DNA of 64,000 bases from an uncultured delta proteobacterium (GTDB lineage Bacteria > Desulfobacterota > Binatia > Binatales > Binataceae): positions 24,020-88,019 of the forward strand of contig CAVQAG010000005.1 in the NCBI GenBank assembly GCA_963710455.1. The letters are read 5' to 3'. How positions within the stretch are numbered: the first letter of the stretch is position 1; the number at the start of each line of letters is the position of its first letter. The notes beneath the pieces were generated by a model. That model ran no database searches, was not told where the DNA came from, and was given only the letters and a program-made list of their open reading frames with translations. The position numbers and the translations under genes are program-made. Shown here piece by piece: positions 8,649-17,321 of this stretch.

Positions 8649-9054
8649 ATGTCGTATCAAGCGCCGCATCGAGTCACGCCGCGGGCATCGCTATCGCCCG
8701 TAACTATCGAGGAGCTTCTCGCCGATCCCTCGCTGACAAGAGGAATGGTTCTCGAGTCCGTGCCCGAACTCTTGACCCAGCTTGCGTCGCGCGTCGCAGC
8801 GCTCAAGACGCTCGAGGGTGCGCTGCTCGCCCTGATGCTCAGCGAGCGCATCGCGAACAGCGACAGCAAGAGCCTTGGCAGCGCCGCTTCTGAGCGCACC
8901 CGACCTCGCCAAGCTCTTTGGAGTGCCGGAATCGTGGGTCAGGGAACAGGCTCGGCTGGGCAATCTGCCCTCGATCAAACTCGGTCACTACGTGCGTTTT
9001 AAGATTGAAGAAGTGCAACGCTTTCTGACCGCGCGCGCCAGCCAGGCCGCTTGA
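8649..9054 (+). CDS. excisionase-family HTH DNA-binding protein, apparently frameshifted
   Basis: The 3' part (frame open 8836-9054, possible TTG at 8875) encodes LLSAPDLAKLFGVPESWVREQARLGNLPSIKLGHYVRFKIEEVQRFL, a typical excisionase/HTH_17 domain. The 5' part (MSYQAPH...VTIEELLADPSL...LEGALLALMLSE) is in the frame of ORF 8532-9002. The frames switch near 8840-8890. Confidence 0.5.
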
Positions 9055-9071
9055 CTTTTCCGCTGGTCTTG

Positions 9072-9088
9072 CTATACGTTACGTATAG
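9072..9088. promoter_or_regulatory. 17-bp palindrome, candidate operator overlapping the RBS region of the XRE gene
   Basis: CTATACGT-T-ACGTATAG has perfect 8-bp arms and ends 2 nt before the ATG at 9091. Confidence 0.5.
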
Positions 9089-9090
9089 CG

Positions 9091-9423
9091 ATGACCGGCA
9101 AGGAAATTCGAGCACTCAGACGCAAGCTTGATTGGACTCAGGTGGCCTTGGCCGAGGCCGTCGGAGTAACCTCGAACACCGTGGCTCGCTGGGAGCGCGG
9201 CGAGATGGCAATCTCCGAACCCGCCGCCAGGCTGCTTAAGAAAATCGCCGCCGAGCACAAGGATCGGACTGAAGGAGCATTGAGGTATGGGGTGCATCAG
9301 GAAGACTGGAGCAGGGCCGATGGCGTGTCGATTTTCGCGACCAGACCGGAGCACGGCATCGCGCCACCTTCGACACGCGCAAGGCAGCGGAGAACGGGCT
9401 CGGGGACTTCCGCAGGCAGATAA
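9091..9423 (+). CDS. XRE-family helix-turn-helix transcriptional regulator
   Basis: MTGKEIRALRRKLDWTQVALAEAVGVTSNTVARWERGEMAISEPAARLL is a classic HTH_3 pattern. Only the first 60 aa or so look domain-like. The 3' tail overlaps the integrase N-terminal coding region. Confidence 0.75.
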   Translation: MTGKEIRALRRKLDWTQVALAEAVGVTSNTVARWERGEMAISEPAARLLKKIAAEHKDRTEGALRYGVHQEDWSRADGVSIFATRPEHGIAPPSTRARQRRTGSGTSAGR

Positions 9424-9437
9424 ACCAGGGAAGCTTT

Positions 9438-10526
9438 GTGGCGGCGAAGCAAGTGCCGCTCTTTCGTCAAGTTGCGGAGGAATGGTTCGCCGGCAAGCGT
9501 GAACATCGCCCATCGACGCAAGCTCAATGGCAGGCGCACATCGACCGCCATCTGCTCCCGCATATCGGAAATCTGAGGCTGGATCAGATCAACATTAGCG
9601 GGCTCGAAAAGCTCCGTGACGCTCTTCGTCGCGGCGGCCTCAGCCCACAAACGGTGAACAAGGTTCTGACGACCGCGACTGCGATCTTCAAGCTCGCGGT
9701 GCGCAGGAACTACTGGACCAACAATCCGGCAGCGAGTGCCGAGCGACTGCGCGTGACCACCGCCGAACTGGCTGAGGACGGTTCGCGTCCGGCACGAGAC
9801 GCGACCCTTCCGGTTCGTACCGAGGAAGTCCTGAGTCCACACGAGTTGCAGCGATTGGTCGCGGCCGGGGAGCCCGGTTTCTATCAGACGCTCTTCCTGA
9901 CCGCGGCGCTTACCGGGATGCGTCACGATGAACTGCTTGCGCTCCGCTGGTCCGACATCGATCTGCAAGCCGGGGAAATCTTCGTGCGACGCAGCTTGTC
10001 CTGGGCAAGGTTGAAGGGCGAAACAGGTCCTCCGCAACCGCGCTTCTATGAGCCCAAGACCAAGTCAGGAATCCGAACGCTTCCGGCTCCGCCCGAGCTT
10101 CTTTCCGCGCTGCGCATCTGGAAGCTGCAGTGTCCGAAAGGCGAGCTTGATTTAGTGTTCGCGGCGCCGACGGGTTTGCCGGCTCATCGGAGCAACGTGC
10201 TCCGTTACGGGCTCTACCGGGCGTTGCGCCGCGCGGGTCTCCGCCGCGTCGACATGCACTCGCTCCGACACAGCTTTGCCTCCGCGCTGATCATGGCGGG
10301 CGCGCCCGTCACAGAGGTCCAGTACCTCCTCGGACACTCCAGCCCGCAGACCACGCTCAAGGTCTACAGCCATTGGTTTGCGAACACCCAAAGCGGCTCG
10401 GTCCATCGTCTGTCGCGGACACTCGCCCGAAATTTTGGACACTTTTTGGACACTTTGGGCCGATCCGCGAGGGATCTGCCGGGAGCGGAGAAAGCGCCCA
10501 AGTATTTGATTTTACGAAGGAATTGA
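9438..10526 (+). CDS. int: tyrosine recombinase / phage-type integrase
   Basis: The core-binding domain reads LLPHIGNLRLDQI...LSPQTVNKVLTTATAIFKLAV. The catalytic domain reads TGMRHDELLALRWSDIDL...HSLRHSFASALIMAGAPV...LLGHSSPQTTLKVYSHW (R..HxxR..Y). The arm-binding N-terminus GRWRVDFRDQTGARHRATFDTRKAAE is encoded in-frame upstream (9318-9437) without a start codon. The natural start MGCIRKTGAG (ATG 9287) is one frame off. Confidence 0.9.
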   Translation: MAAKQVPLFRQVAEEWFAGKREHRPSTQAQWQAHIDRHLLPHIGNLRLDQINISGLEKLRDALRRGGLSPQTVNKVLTTATAIFKLAVRRNYWTNNPAASAERLRVTTAELAEDGSRPARDATLPVRTEEVLSPHELQRLVAAGEPGFYQTLFLTAALTGMRHDELLALRWSDIDLQAGEIFVRRSLSWARLKGETGPPQPRFYEPKTKSGIRTLPAPPELLSALRIWKLQCPKGELDLVFAAPTGLPAHRSNVLRYGLYRALRRAGLRRVDMHSLRHSFASALIMAGAPVTEVQYLLGHSSPQTTLKVYSHWFANTQSGSVHRLSRTLARNFGHFLDTLGRSARDLPGAEKAPKYLILRRN

Positions 10527-10603
10527 TGGCGCCCCCTGCGGGATTCGAACCCACGGCCCCAGGATTAGGAATCCTGTGCTCTATCCATCTGAGCTAAGGG
10601 GGC
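10527..10603 (-). tRNA. tRNA-Arg (anticodon CCT)
   Basis: The reverse complement is GCCCCCTTAGCTCAGATGGATAGAGCACAGGATTCCTAATCCTGGGGCCGTGGGTTCGAATCCCGCAGGGGGCGCCA. It folds as a cloverleaf with a 7-bp acceptor stem, a TTCCTAA anticodon loop, a GTTCGAATC T-loop and an encoded CCA. Confidence 0.95.
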
Positions 10604-10774
10604 GCCCCGGCGGAGTCACGACCTTAACTCCATCGCGCAGCAGGCTCAAGTTGGAATCGGTGCGTCGCGCGATCGAACAGGGAGGGCGGTCAGAATCTGC
10701 CGCAGACCCCTTCGGCCAAGGACGCGCCGCTCGGAGCGGCGGCGGCGGGCGATGCTCCGGCGATGCCGGCCAAC

Positions 10775-11284
10775 CTAAATCTCGGTTGGCTTTTGCGGTC
10801 GGTGGCAATCCCCCATATTCTCCCCGTTCATTGCATCACGCCAGCGTTCTAAACAGTTCACTTCCAAAGTAGCAAGGAGAAAGCCGATATTTTCGATCGC
10901 CATGGTAAATATATGCTCCGTGCTAATTGTCATAGGATCCATATTTTCGACCTTCATCCATTCTACCCAATTAACAGCCCCCCAATAGACAAAAGGGAAA
11001 ATAAATTCCTTTTCGGTGCTGCGATATCCCATCGACGCGCGGAGTTCGCGCACACGCCCCCAGAGGGCATGCATATCGAAACTACAGGTAAGGAATTCGG
11101 TTTCCGACAGATGCTTTTGATACCTGCTTTTCTCGCCGCTTACATTGGCATAGCCCAGAGGGTTCAGCACGGCATCGATAATTTGTTTGTTGGGGATTGC
11201 TTCATCCAGCCATGTATCATGCAAACGGCACACAATGCCGTCGATCTCGATACGAAGGCCATAATCCTCTGTCAGGCCTTCCAA
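10775..11284 (-). CDS. hypothetical protein (low-GC islet)
   Basis: 169-aa ORF with a TTG start in a 40-45% GC region. The same frame stays open and protein-like for about 60 more codons upstream (IKIFDAIPATLANKDYSRDQVTERFQRSKQRAIEKNRARL) with no canonical start. It may be fused by frameshift to ORF 11464-11793. Confidence 0.5.
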   Translation of the reverse strand: MEGLTEDYGLRIEIDGIVCRLHDTWLDEAIPNKQIIDAVLNPLGYANVSGEKSRYQKHLSETEFLTCSFDMHALWGRVRELRASMGYRSTEKEFIFPFVYWGAVNWVEWMKVENMDPMTISTEHIFTMAIENIGFLLATLEVNCLERWRDAMNGENMGDCHRPQKPTEI

Positions 11285-11463
11285 ATGATCATTGCCTTTT
11301 TTCCCCGCAGCTAATCTCGCCCGGTTCTTTTCAATCGCACGCTGCTTGGAACGTTGGAATCTTTCGGTAACCTGATCGCGGCTATAATCTTTGTTTGCCA
11401 GCGTCGCGGGTATCGCATCAAATATTTTAATGGAATCGATGGGAAAATAATCACATCCTTGAG

Positions 11464-11793
11464 CTAGTATAATTTCATGCGGGCCAAGTCCCTGACGGTT
11501 CCGCGAAACCAGTGGTGATCGAGTAAATCATATGGCAGCTTGCCCTCTCGGACGAGTGTACGCATATAGTCCGCCATAACCTCTTGAAGGTTGATCCGCA
11601 TCAGCACTTCTTGCGTCAAATCCTTCCCGCTGCGCTCGTCAATCACGATGAATTTCTCGCCCTGTTTCAAATATAGGCTTAAAATATTCAGCGTAGCGAA
11701 AGTGTTGAGCTTGGTATCGATAAGCTGTTCGCCGCGCTTTTTAATAACGACGCGAGCGTCGCCGATGCTGAAAGTAGAATCGGTCATGGCCAA
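11464..11793 (-). CDS. hypothetical protein (low-GC islet)
   Basis: 109-aa ORF with an ATG start and no recognisable motifs. Its GC content is lower than the backbone. Confidence 0.45.
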   Translation of the reverse strand: MAMTDSTFSIGDARVVIKKRGEQLIDTKLNTFATLNILSLYLKQGEKFIVIDERSGKDLTQEVLMRINLQEVMADYMRTLVREGKLPYDLLDHHWFRGTVRDLARMKLY

Positions 11794-11839
11794 ACTATTA
11801 CCGAGCGTGAAGCGGAAGCGGCCGCTGACGGCAACTTAA

Positions 11840-12361
11840 CTAGTACGGCCGCGTAAGCGGATATTTGAGCTGCGCGACGACGTCATTCAGCGAGTTCGCG
11901 CTATCGCCCGCGAGTTCAAGTTGGGCAAATCTCTGGATCGCGGATTCGTGCACCACCATCGATTGTGTCACCTCGCGCTCGGTCGCTGGAGACGCGGCCG
12001 CAATGGCGCGGAACTTCTCGAGATAGAAGGTCGTGATGCCGACGAGCTCTTCCATGTGCTCGCGCCATGACTTCGCGGCGAAGCTCTCGGCGAACTGCGC
12101 TACCTGCGACCTGACGTCCTTTTGCGCGATGCCGAGGCCAAGCTGCGTCAGGAAAGGTCGCAGCCGCGTCTTGGTTTCTGATTCGAGATGGAGCAGCGTT
12201 TCCCACTTGTGCCGACGCTCGGCGTCTTGCTCGAGGCGCACGTAGCAGTCGAGCACCGCCTCACCGAAAACTTCTCCTTGGTACATGAATTCGTTCACGC
12301 CGTTTAGGTATTCGGCTCTATCCACGATGCGCTCCTTTGACCGATGTTGGCGGGCGAGCAA
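11840..12361 (-). CDS. hypothetical helical protein
   Basis: 173-aa ORF with helix-rich composition and no family recognised. Confidence 0.5.
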   Translation of the reverse strand: MLARQHRSKERIVDRAEYLNGVNEFMYQGEVFGEAVLDCYVRLEQDAERRHKWETLLHLESETKTRLRPFLTQLGLGIAQKDVRSQVAQFAESFAAKSWREHMEELVGITTFYLEKFRAIAAASPATEREVTQSMVVHESAIQRFAQLELAGDSANSLNDVVAQLKYPLTRPY

Positions 12362-12445
12362 GCCGCGCCGCGCTGGCTAATCATACGCGCGTTGCGTCCT
12401 CGCGCCCATCGCTCGAATTGGACTGTCGCCCCACGCGGCGCGCGT

Positions 12446-13081
12446 CTAGCTATGCCGGGTTTCCGCCTCGATCAACGTTTCCGCCGCTCGCACCAGTGCG
12501 GAGGCGCGGCTCGCCGAGCGAGCAGCCTCCGCGCAAAGCCCTGATCCTTCGAGCAAGATGTCGAGCTGATCCGCAAGCCGCTGCGCATCGCGTGCGCCCG
12601 CGGCCTTGGCGAGCTCGCGCATCCGGGCTTGGCGCTCGGCCCTGAAACGGACGATGACCGCGCGCGCCGGATGGCCCTCCTCGGGGAACTCGACCAGAGT
12701 GTTGCCGAACGGGCATCCGCGGAAATTGTCCGAGGCCGCTTTATCGGCGGTCGCGACGAACAGTGCCCGCAACTGTTTGCGCGGCGCATGCGCGTGGGCC
12801 CCGATGACTTCGTCCCACCACAGCCAGTACTCGGCGGCTGAAGCTTCGAGGTATGCGCAGACTAGCTCGTCCTTGGAGCGAAAGCTGCGATAGAAGCTCA
12901 TCTTCGCCACGCCCGAGCGGGCAATCAGCGTGTCGACCCCGACTGCGCGAATGCCCTCGCGATAGAAGGAGTCGCGCGCGGTTTCCAGGATGCGCTCGCG
13001 CGCCGAGAGCACCTTGGGCTGAGTGCCGGGCGATCTTTCGCCTGCGCGCCGGGCGTCTGAACGTTGGGATTGATTAGCCAT
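12446..13081 (-). CDS. TetR/AcrR-family transcriptional regulator
   Basis: The N-terminal HTH reads RERILETARDSFYREGIRAVGVDTLIARSGVAKMSFYRSFRSKDELV. The ORF track extends to 13168, but the start at MANQSQ (13081) leaves the palindromic operator region upstream. Confidence 0.85.
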   Translation of the reverse strand: MANQSQRSDARRAGERSPGTQPKVLSARERILETARDSFYREGIRAVGVDTLIARSGVAKMSFYRSFRSKDELVCAYLEASAAEYWLWWDEVIGAHAHAPRKQLRALFVATADKAASDNFRGCPFGNTLVEFPEEGHPARAVIVRFRAERQARMRELAKAAGARDAQRLADQLDILLEGSGLCAEAARSASRASALVRAAETLIEAETRHS

Positions 13082-13154
13082 GGCCGTTGTCCCCGATCGA
13101 GTCGCCACCTTGGCCTGCTCGCCAAGTGACCGCCCCTTGACTGAGACAGACAGA

Positions 13155-13187
13155 CCTGTATCATGCATACAGAGCGGCCTGTATCAT
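13155..13187. promoter_or_regulatory. candidate TetR operator in a divergent promoter region
   Basis: CCTGTATCAT occurs twice (13155-13164 and 13178-13187). The inverted repeat CTGTAT-N5-ATACAG lies at 13156-13172. Confidence 0.45.
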
Positions 13188-13235
13188 CATTGCCAGAATA
13201 CCCGAACAGGCCGCGGAGCAAAAGAGGAAAAGATC

Positions 13236-13499
13236 ATGCTGAGCAACCGAATCAAATCCACAACCGTCGAAGCCGGACGCCCGAGGGTTAAGAGCGCGCG
13301 CGAGGCAGCAGCTAGGCGAGGGCTCCAGGCGAGCCGCAGCGCTCCTGCCGGGGCGCTACTATCTTGGCCGGCGCGAGCGCCAGCCAAATCGACCGATCGG
13401 CTTGGCACGGCATTTACCCTGTTGTTGGGCCTCGCGCTGGTGGCCGGAGGCGCGCTGATGATCGGACAGATCTGGGCCAACCTGGCTATGATTCGATAA
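13236..13499 (+). CDS. small hypothetical membrane-anchored protein
   Basis: ATG 13236 follows a GAGGAA SD. The C-terminal hydrophobic helix reads FTLLLGLALVAGGALMIGQIWANLAMI. Coding status is uncertain. Confidence 0.35.
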   Translation: MLSNRIKSTTVEAGRPRVKSAREAAARRGLQASRSAPAGALLSWPARAPAKSTDRLGTAFTLLLGLALVAGGALMIGQIWANLAMIR

Positions 13500-13678
13500 C
13501 GGCTGCGTGCGGCCTGCCTGGCCCACAGTGCCGATGGAAACGCTGCCATTGCGCAACCCGAGGCGGCCGGACTACTTGGTAAGGACTGGCTGGTTACGAA
13601 CGCCGCCGCCGCCGTTTTTGGACGGGCGCCGGCATCAACCAAAGCGATAAAGGCAAAGCGATAAAGGAGTTTAAAAAA

Positions 13679-14290
13679 ATGAAGCTGTATTTTTCACCGG
13701 GTGCGTGCTCGCTCTCGCCGCATATCGTTTTGCGCGAGGCCGGAATCAATGCCGACCTGGAGCAGGTCGATCTCAAGACCAAGAAAACCCAGAACGGCGC
13801 CGACTTCGCCGCAGTGAATCCGAAAGGCTATGTGCCGACGCTGGTGCTGGACAACGGCCAGACGCTGACCGAAGGCCCGGCGATCGTTCAGTATCTGGCC
13901 GATCAGAAGCCGCAATCAGGGCTGGCTCCGCAAGCCGGAACCTTCGAGCGCTACCGGTTGCAGGAGTGGCTCAATTTCATCACGGCGGAACTCCATAAAC
14001 CTTTCGGCGCGCTCTTCAGCTCAGCCACGCCCGAAGACTACAAACCTGTTGCAAAGGATACGTTGAGCGCACGCTTCGGTCATGTCGATCGGCATTTGGC
14101 GCGCGGCGGTCCTTTCCTGATGGGTGCGCAATTCACGGTCGCGGACGCGTACCTGTTCGTGATGACACTGTGGGCGAAGTTCCTGAAATTCGATCTCGAT
14201 CAATTCAGCAACGTAAAGGCTTATTCCGAACAGGTCGCGGCACGGCCCAAGGTTCACGAGGCGCTGAAAGAAGAGGGCCTCGCGAAGTAG
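13679..14290 (+). CDS. glutathione S-transferase (bacterial beta-class, GstA-like)
   Basis: MKLYFSPGACSLSPHIVLREAGI...VNPKGYVPTLVLDNGQTLTEGPAIVQYLAD is the characteristic N-terminal GST fold sequence. Confidence 0.9.
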   Translation: MKLYFSPGACSLSPHIVLREAGINADLEQVDLKTKKTQNGADFAAVNPKGYVPTLVLDNGQTLTEGPAIVQYLADQKPQSGLAPQAGTFERYRLQEWLNFITAELHKPFGALFSSATPEDYKPVAKDTLSARFGHVDRHLARGGPFLMGAQFTVADAYLFVMTLWAKFLKFDLDQFSNVKAYSEQVAARPKVHEALKEEGLAK

Positions 14291-14483
14291 CCGACGGAAT
14301 TCGCCTTCTCCTGACTGGCGGCCCCGGCCGACCGCGGGCCGCCATTATCGCCTCCCCAACTTCGTATTCGCGGCGCTTCCACCGGCCGCAGGCTTCGATT
14401 TTACTGAGAGTCGGTGGGGGATTGGATTGTTGGACAGCTAAACCAGGATTAGGCTGGGCGCATTCCTCGGCGTCTTCCTCGCG

Positions 14484-15263
14484 ATGGCGCTGTCGGAGGT
14501 CGTCGCGCCCCGCCGTCCACTGACGCTTGGTCGCTTCTGGCGCTGGCCCAACAATCTCGGCGTGACGGCGCTCAACGCGACACTGCTCCGAGTTCTGATA
14601 CCGGGGGCGGCAGTCGCAGTCGCCGCCGCCGGGGAAATCGGGCATTTGGGGCTTTTCAACAATCTCCCACCAGCGATCGGACGTCACTTACCGCGCGCCG
14701 CCGTCGCGCTGTTGGCGATGATACTTCTCGACCTTGTGATCTATCTGCAGCATGTGATGTTCCATGCGGTCCCGGCGCTCTGGCGTGTCCATCGGATGCA
14801 TCACGCGGATCTCGATTTCGACGTCACCACCGGAGCGCGATTCCATCCACTGGAAATAGGTATTTCGATGGTGATCAAGATAGCCGCCATCGCCGCGAGC
14901 GGTGCGTCGCCCGCGGCCGTGGTGATTTTCGAGGTCGCGCTCAACGCGACGTCGATGTTCAACCACAGCAACGTGCGAATTCCGCTCTTCGCCGACCGCG
15001 TGCTGCGATTCCTACTGGTCACTCCCGATATGCATCGCGTTCATCACTCGGTGATCCGCACCGAGACCAATAGCAACTTCGGTTTCAATCTCTCGTGGTG
15101 GGACCGCCTGTCGGGCACCTACCGCGCCGAGCCGCAGCGCGGCCATCTCGGGATGACGATTGGCCTGGATGAATTTCGCGATCCGGCCGAACTGAGGCTC
15201 GATCGGATGCTGTTGCAGCCGTGGCGTGCCGCTCCGGGCGCCTATCCGCTCGGCCGCGGGTAG
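14484..15263 (+). CDS. sterol desaturase / fatty-acid hydroxylase family protein
   Basis: Histidine boxes are present: HVMFH, HRMHHAD and HRVHHS. It has hydrophobic segments. The frame is open and sensible (RLGAFLGVFLA) for 14 codons upstream without a canonical start. Confidence 0.8.
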   Translation: MALSEVVAPRRPLTLGRFWRWPNNLGVTALNATLLRVLIPGAAVAVAAAGEIGHLGLFNNLPPAIGRHLPRAAVALLAMILLDLVIYLQHVMFHAVPALWRVHRMHHADLDFDVTTGARFHPLEIGISMVIKIAAIAASGASPAAVVIFEVALNATSMFNHSNVRIPLFADRVLRFLLVTPDMHRVHHSVIRTETNSNFGFNLSWWDRLSGTYRAEPQRGHLGMTIGLDEFRDPAELRLDRMLLQPWRAAPGAYPLGRG

Positions 15264-15345
15264 CGCGACCCGTTCTGGTGCGCGTTGCGATCGCGGTAAC
15301 GTTGCGCGCCGCGATTGGGCTATAGTGACGTCCCAAAGGTGTCCC

Positions 15346-16527
15346 ATGAGCGCATATCTTTACGAAGTGCTCGAACGTCTCGTTGCATTCGATACCGTCA
15401 GTTCCAACAGCGACGTTCCCGCGATGGAGTTCTTGGCCGCGCGCCTCGGCGCCCACGGCTTCAAAACTCATCTCCATCGCATCGAGGTTGCCGGCACGCC
15501 GCAGCTCAACCTCATCGCATGGGCCGGCCCGCCACGTCCGGACGGCCTTTCTATCTCCGGTCATCTTGACACGGTGCCATACGAGGGGCAGCCGGGATGG
15601 ACGCGGGATCCGCTCAAGCTCGGCGTCGACGCCGAGCGCGTATGGGGCCGTGGTACAACCGACATGAAGGGCTTCCTCGCCGAATGCGTAGCGGCGGCGG
15701 CTCTGCTCGATCTCCGCGCGCTCAAGCGTCCGCTGGTTTTCATCTTCACCAGCGACGAAGAAGTAGGATGTTTTGGGGCGCAGAGCATTTGCGGCGCGCT
15801 CAATTCGATCCTGGGAGAAATTCCCGCGCCGAAGCTGGTATGGATCGGCGAGCCGACTTCATGGCAGGTGCAGCACGCGCACAAGAGTATCGTACTCTTC
15901 AATGTTACGGTACGCGGAATCGGCGGACATAGCGGCGCGCCCGAGCAGGGCGTCAATGCGATCGCGGTGGCGGCCCGCGCGCTGGAGGCCATCGGTCATC
16001 TGCAGGCCGAACGGCGCAGGCCGAGCGAGAAGTTCATGCACGTCTTTCCCGATTCGCCCTACGACGTGCTCAACGTCGGGACGATAGCGGGCGGTATCGC
16101 GTCCAATATTATCGCCGAGGAGTGCCGCTTCGCGATTACTTACCGATCGCTGCCCGACGCCGATCCGCTGGAGCTATATCGCGAGGTCGAGCGGCGAATC
16201 GCCGTGCTCGATCCTTATGACTATGCATCGCACAACCATCGCGCGGCGATCGAGGTTGGGCCGCCGATGGTGGTGCCGCCGCTGCTCGCGCCGCGCGATA
16301 CTGCGCTCGAATGCGCGCTGCTCGAAGTCACGGGGACGCGCGAGGTCGGCGGCGCGTTATTCGGCACGGATGGGGGATGGTTCGCGCGGGCCGGGATGGT
16401 TCCGCTGATCTGCGGGCCAGGCGATCTCGATCAGGCGCACAAGCCCAACGAGAATGTTCGCCGCGCGGCGCTGGAGAGCGGCACGGAGAAGATACTCAAG
16501 GTCGTCGCGCGGCTGCTTCAGCAGTAA
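15346..16527 (+). CDS. M20-family metallohydrolase (acetylornithine deacetylase ArgE-like)
   Basis: LVAFDTVSSNS...SGHLDTVPYEG...WGRGTTDMKGFLA...FTSDEEVG...HKPNE. The start is taken at MSAYLYE (ATG 15346). Confidence 0.85.
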   Translation: MSAYLYEVLERLVAFDTVSSNSDVPAMEFLAARLGAHGFKTHLHRIEVAGTPQLNLIAWAGPPRPDGLSISGHLDTVPYEGQPGWTRDPLKLGVDAERVWGRGTTDMKGFLAECVAAAALLDLRALKRPLVFIFTSDEEVGCFGAQSICGALNSILGEIPAPKLVWIGEPTSWQVQHAHKSIVLFNVTVRGIGGHSGAPEQGVNAIAVAARALEAIGHLQAERRRPSEKFMHVFPDSPYDVLNVGTIAGGIASNIIAEECRFAITYRSLPDADPLELYREVERRIAVLDPYDYASHNHRAAIEVGPPMVVPPLLAPRDTALECALLEVTGTREVGGALFGTDGGWFARAGMVPLICGPGDLDQAHKPNENVRRAALESGTEKILKVVARLLQQ

Positions 16528-16564
16528 CTAGCAGTTAGTAACTATAGAAGACGAGAGGACTCGA

Positions 16565-17164
16565 CTACCCAAACGTCGCGGCCAGTTCACGCAGGCGATC
16601 CTTCGCGCCACTCAGGATCGATACCCCGTCGCCGACCAGCAGTGCGTCGAAATCGATCGTTAGCAAGCTCCGCACGCTCTCACGCAGGCGCGCCGGATCG
16701 TCCATCACCTGTTCGCGCAGCAGACCGCATCGCCCAGGCGGATTTCCAATCACCGCGTCACCCACGATCAGGATCCTTCGCTCCGGCCAGTGGAGGGCGA
16801 TCTCGCCCGGAGATTTGCCGGGCACCGCGACGACGCTGAGTGGGCCGACGCGTTCGCCCACGCGCAATTCGTCGTCGATAATCGCGCCCTGGCTGCGCGC
16901 GTACGCCGCGTCAGCCGGATGAATTGCGACTCGGGCGCCGGTGCGTTCGCGCACCAGGTTGGCGGCGCGCACGTGGTTGCGATTGGTGAGCAGCACGCGG
17001 GCGGGGCGGGCGCGTGCGATCTCTTCAAGATCTGCGGCGCTTGCCTCGACTGGGTCGATGCAGATATTTCCCTGCGGATGGGCGATCAGCAGGCCGTTGA
17101 AGTTGTAGCCATGGGGAGCCGAAAACCATGGCCACGTACGGATATGCGTTGCGATCGTTTCCAT
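16565..17164 (-). CDS. MBL-fold metallo-hydrolase family protein
   Basis: NFNGLLIAHPQGNICIDPVE...VLLTNRNHVR...AIHPADA...VVAVPGKSPGEIALHW...LIVGDAV matches the MBL-fold pattern, with a degenerate HxHxDH box. The start is taken at METIATH (17164). Confidence 0.7.
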   Translation of the reverse strand: METIATHIRTWPWFSAPHGYNFNGLLIAHPQGNICIDPVEASAADLEEIARARPARVLLTNRNHVRAANLVRERTGARVAIHPADAAYARSQGAIIDDELRVGERVGPLSVVAVPGKSPGEIALHWPERRILIVGDAVIGNPPGRCGLLREQVMDDPARLRESVRSLLTIDFDALLVGDGVSILSGAKDRLRELAATFG

Positions 17165-17321
17165 CGATGATCTTCCTATAATTTTGCCGATGATCTCGGA
17201 ATACTCTCGCCGAAAATGACTTTGCCGATGCTCTCGCCGCCGTCGAAACCGCTCCGATTCTAGCGCCACATCGATGCCGAATTTCAAGCCGCGCCGGCGC
17301 GCGCGAGTTAACCGCCAATGC

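Larger units (their letters stand above)
640..10526. mobile_element. tRNA-Arg-associated integrative genomic island (left boundary not defined)
   Basis: A tyrosine integrase stop codon abuts the 3' end of tRNA-Arg(CCT). Excisionase-type and XRE HTH genes sit next to int. The cargo segment 0.7-6.4 kb is about 43-52% GC versus more than 60% for the backbone. Several cargo genes are broken. No attL copy of the tRNA 3' end was found in the window. Confidence 0.55.

Noticed and set aside
9297-10037. 246-aa minus-strand ORF
   Set aside because: It is antisense to the tyrosine integrase.
1-10526. attL direct repeat of the tRNA-Arg 3' end
   Set aside because: I searched by eye for GGATTCGAACCC and for shorter cores such as TTCGAACC. 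Only unrelated partial matches turned up (for example near 3310 and 8405). No island boundary can be called from this.
13080-13499. 139-aa version of the ORF between the TetR and GST genes
   Set aside because: Its 5' part overlaps the TetR start and operator region. Only the portion from ATG 13236, which has an SD, is plausible, and even that has low confidence.
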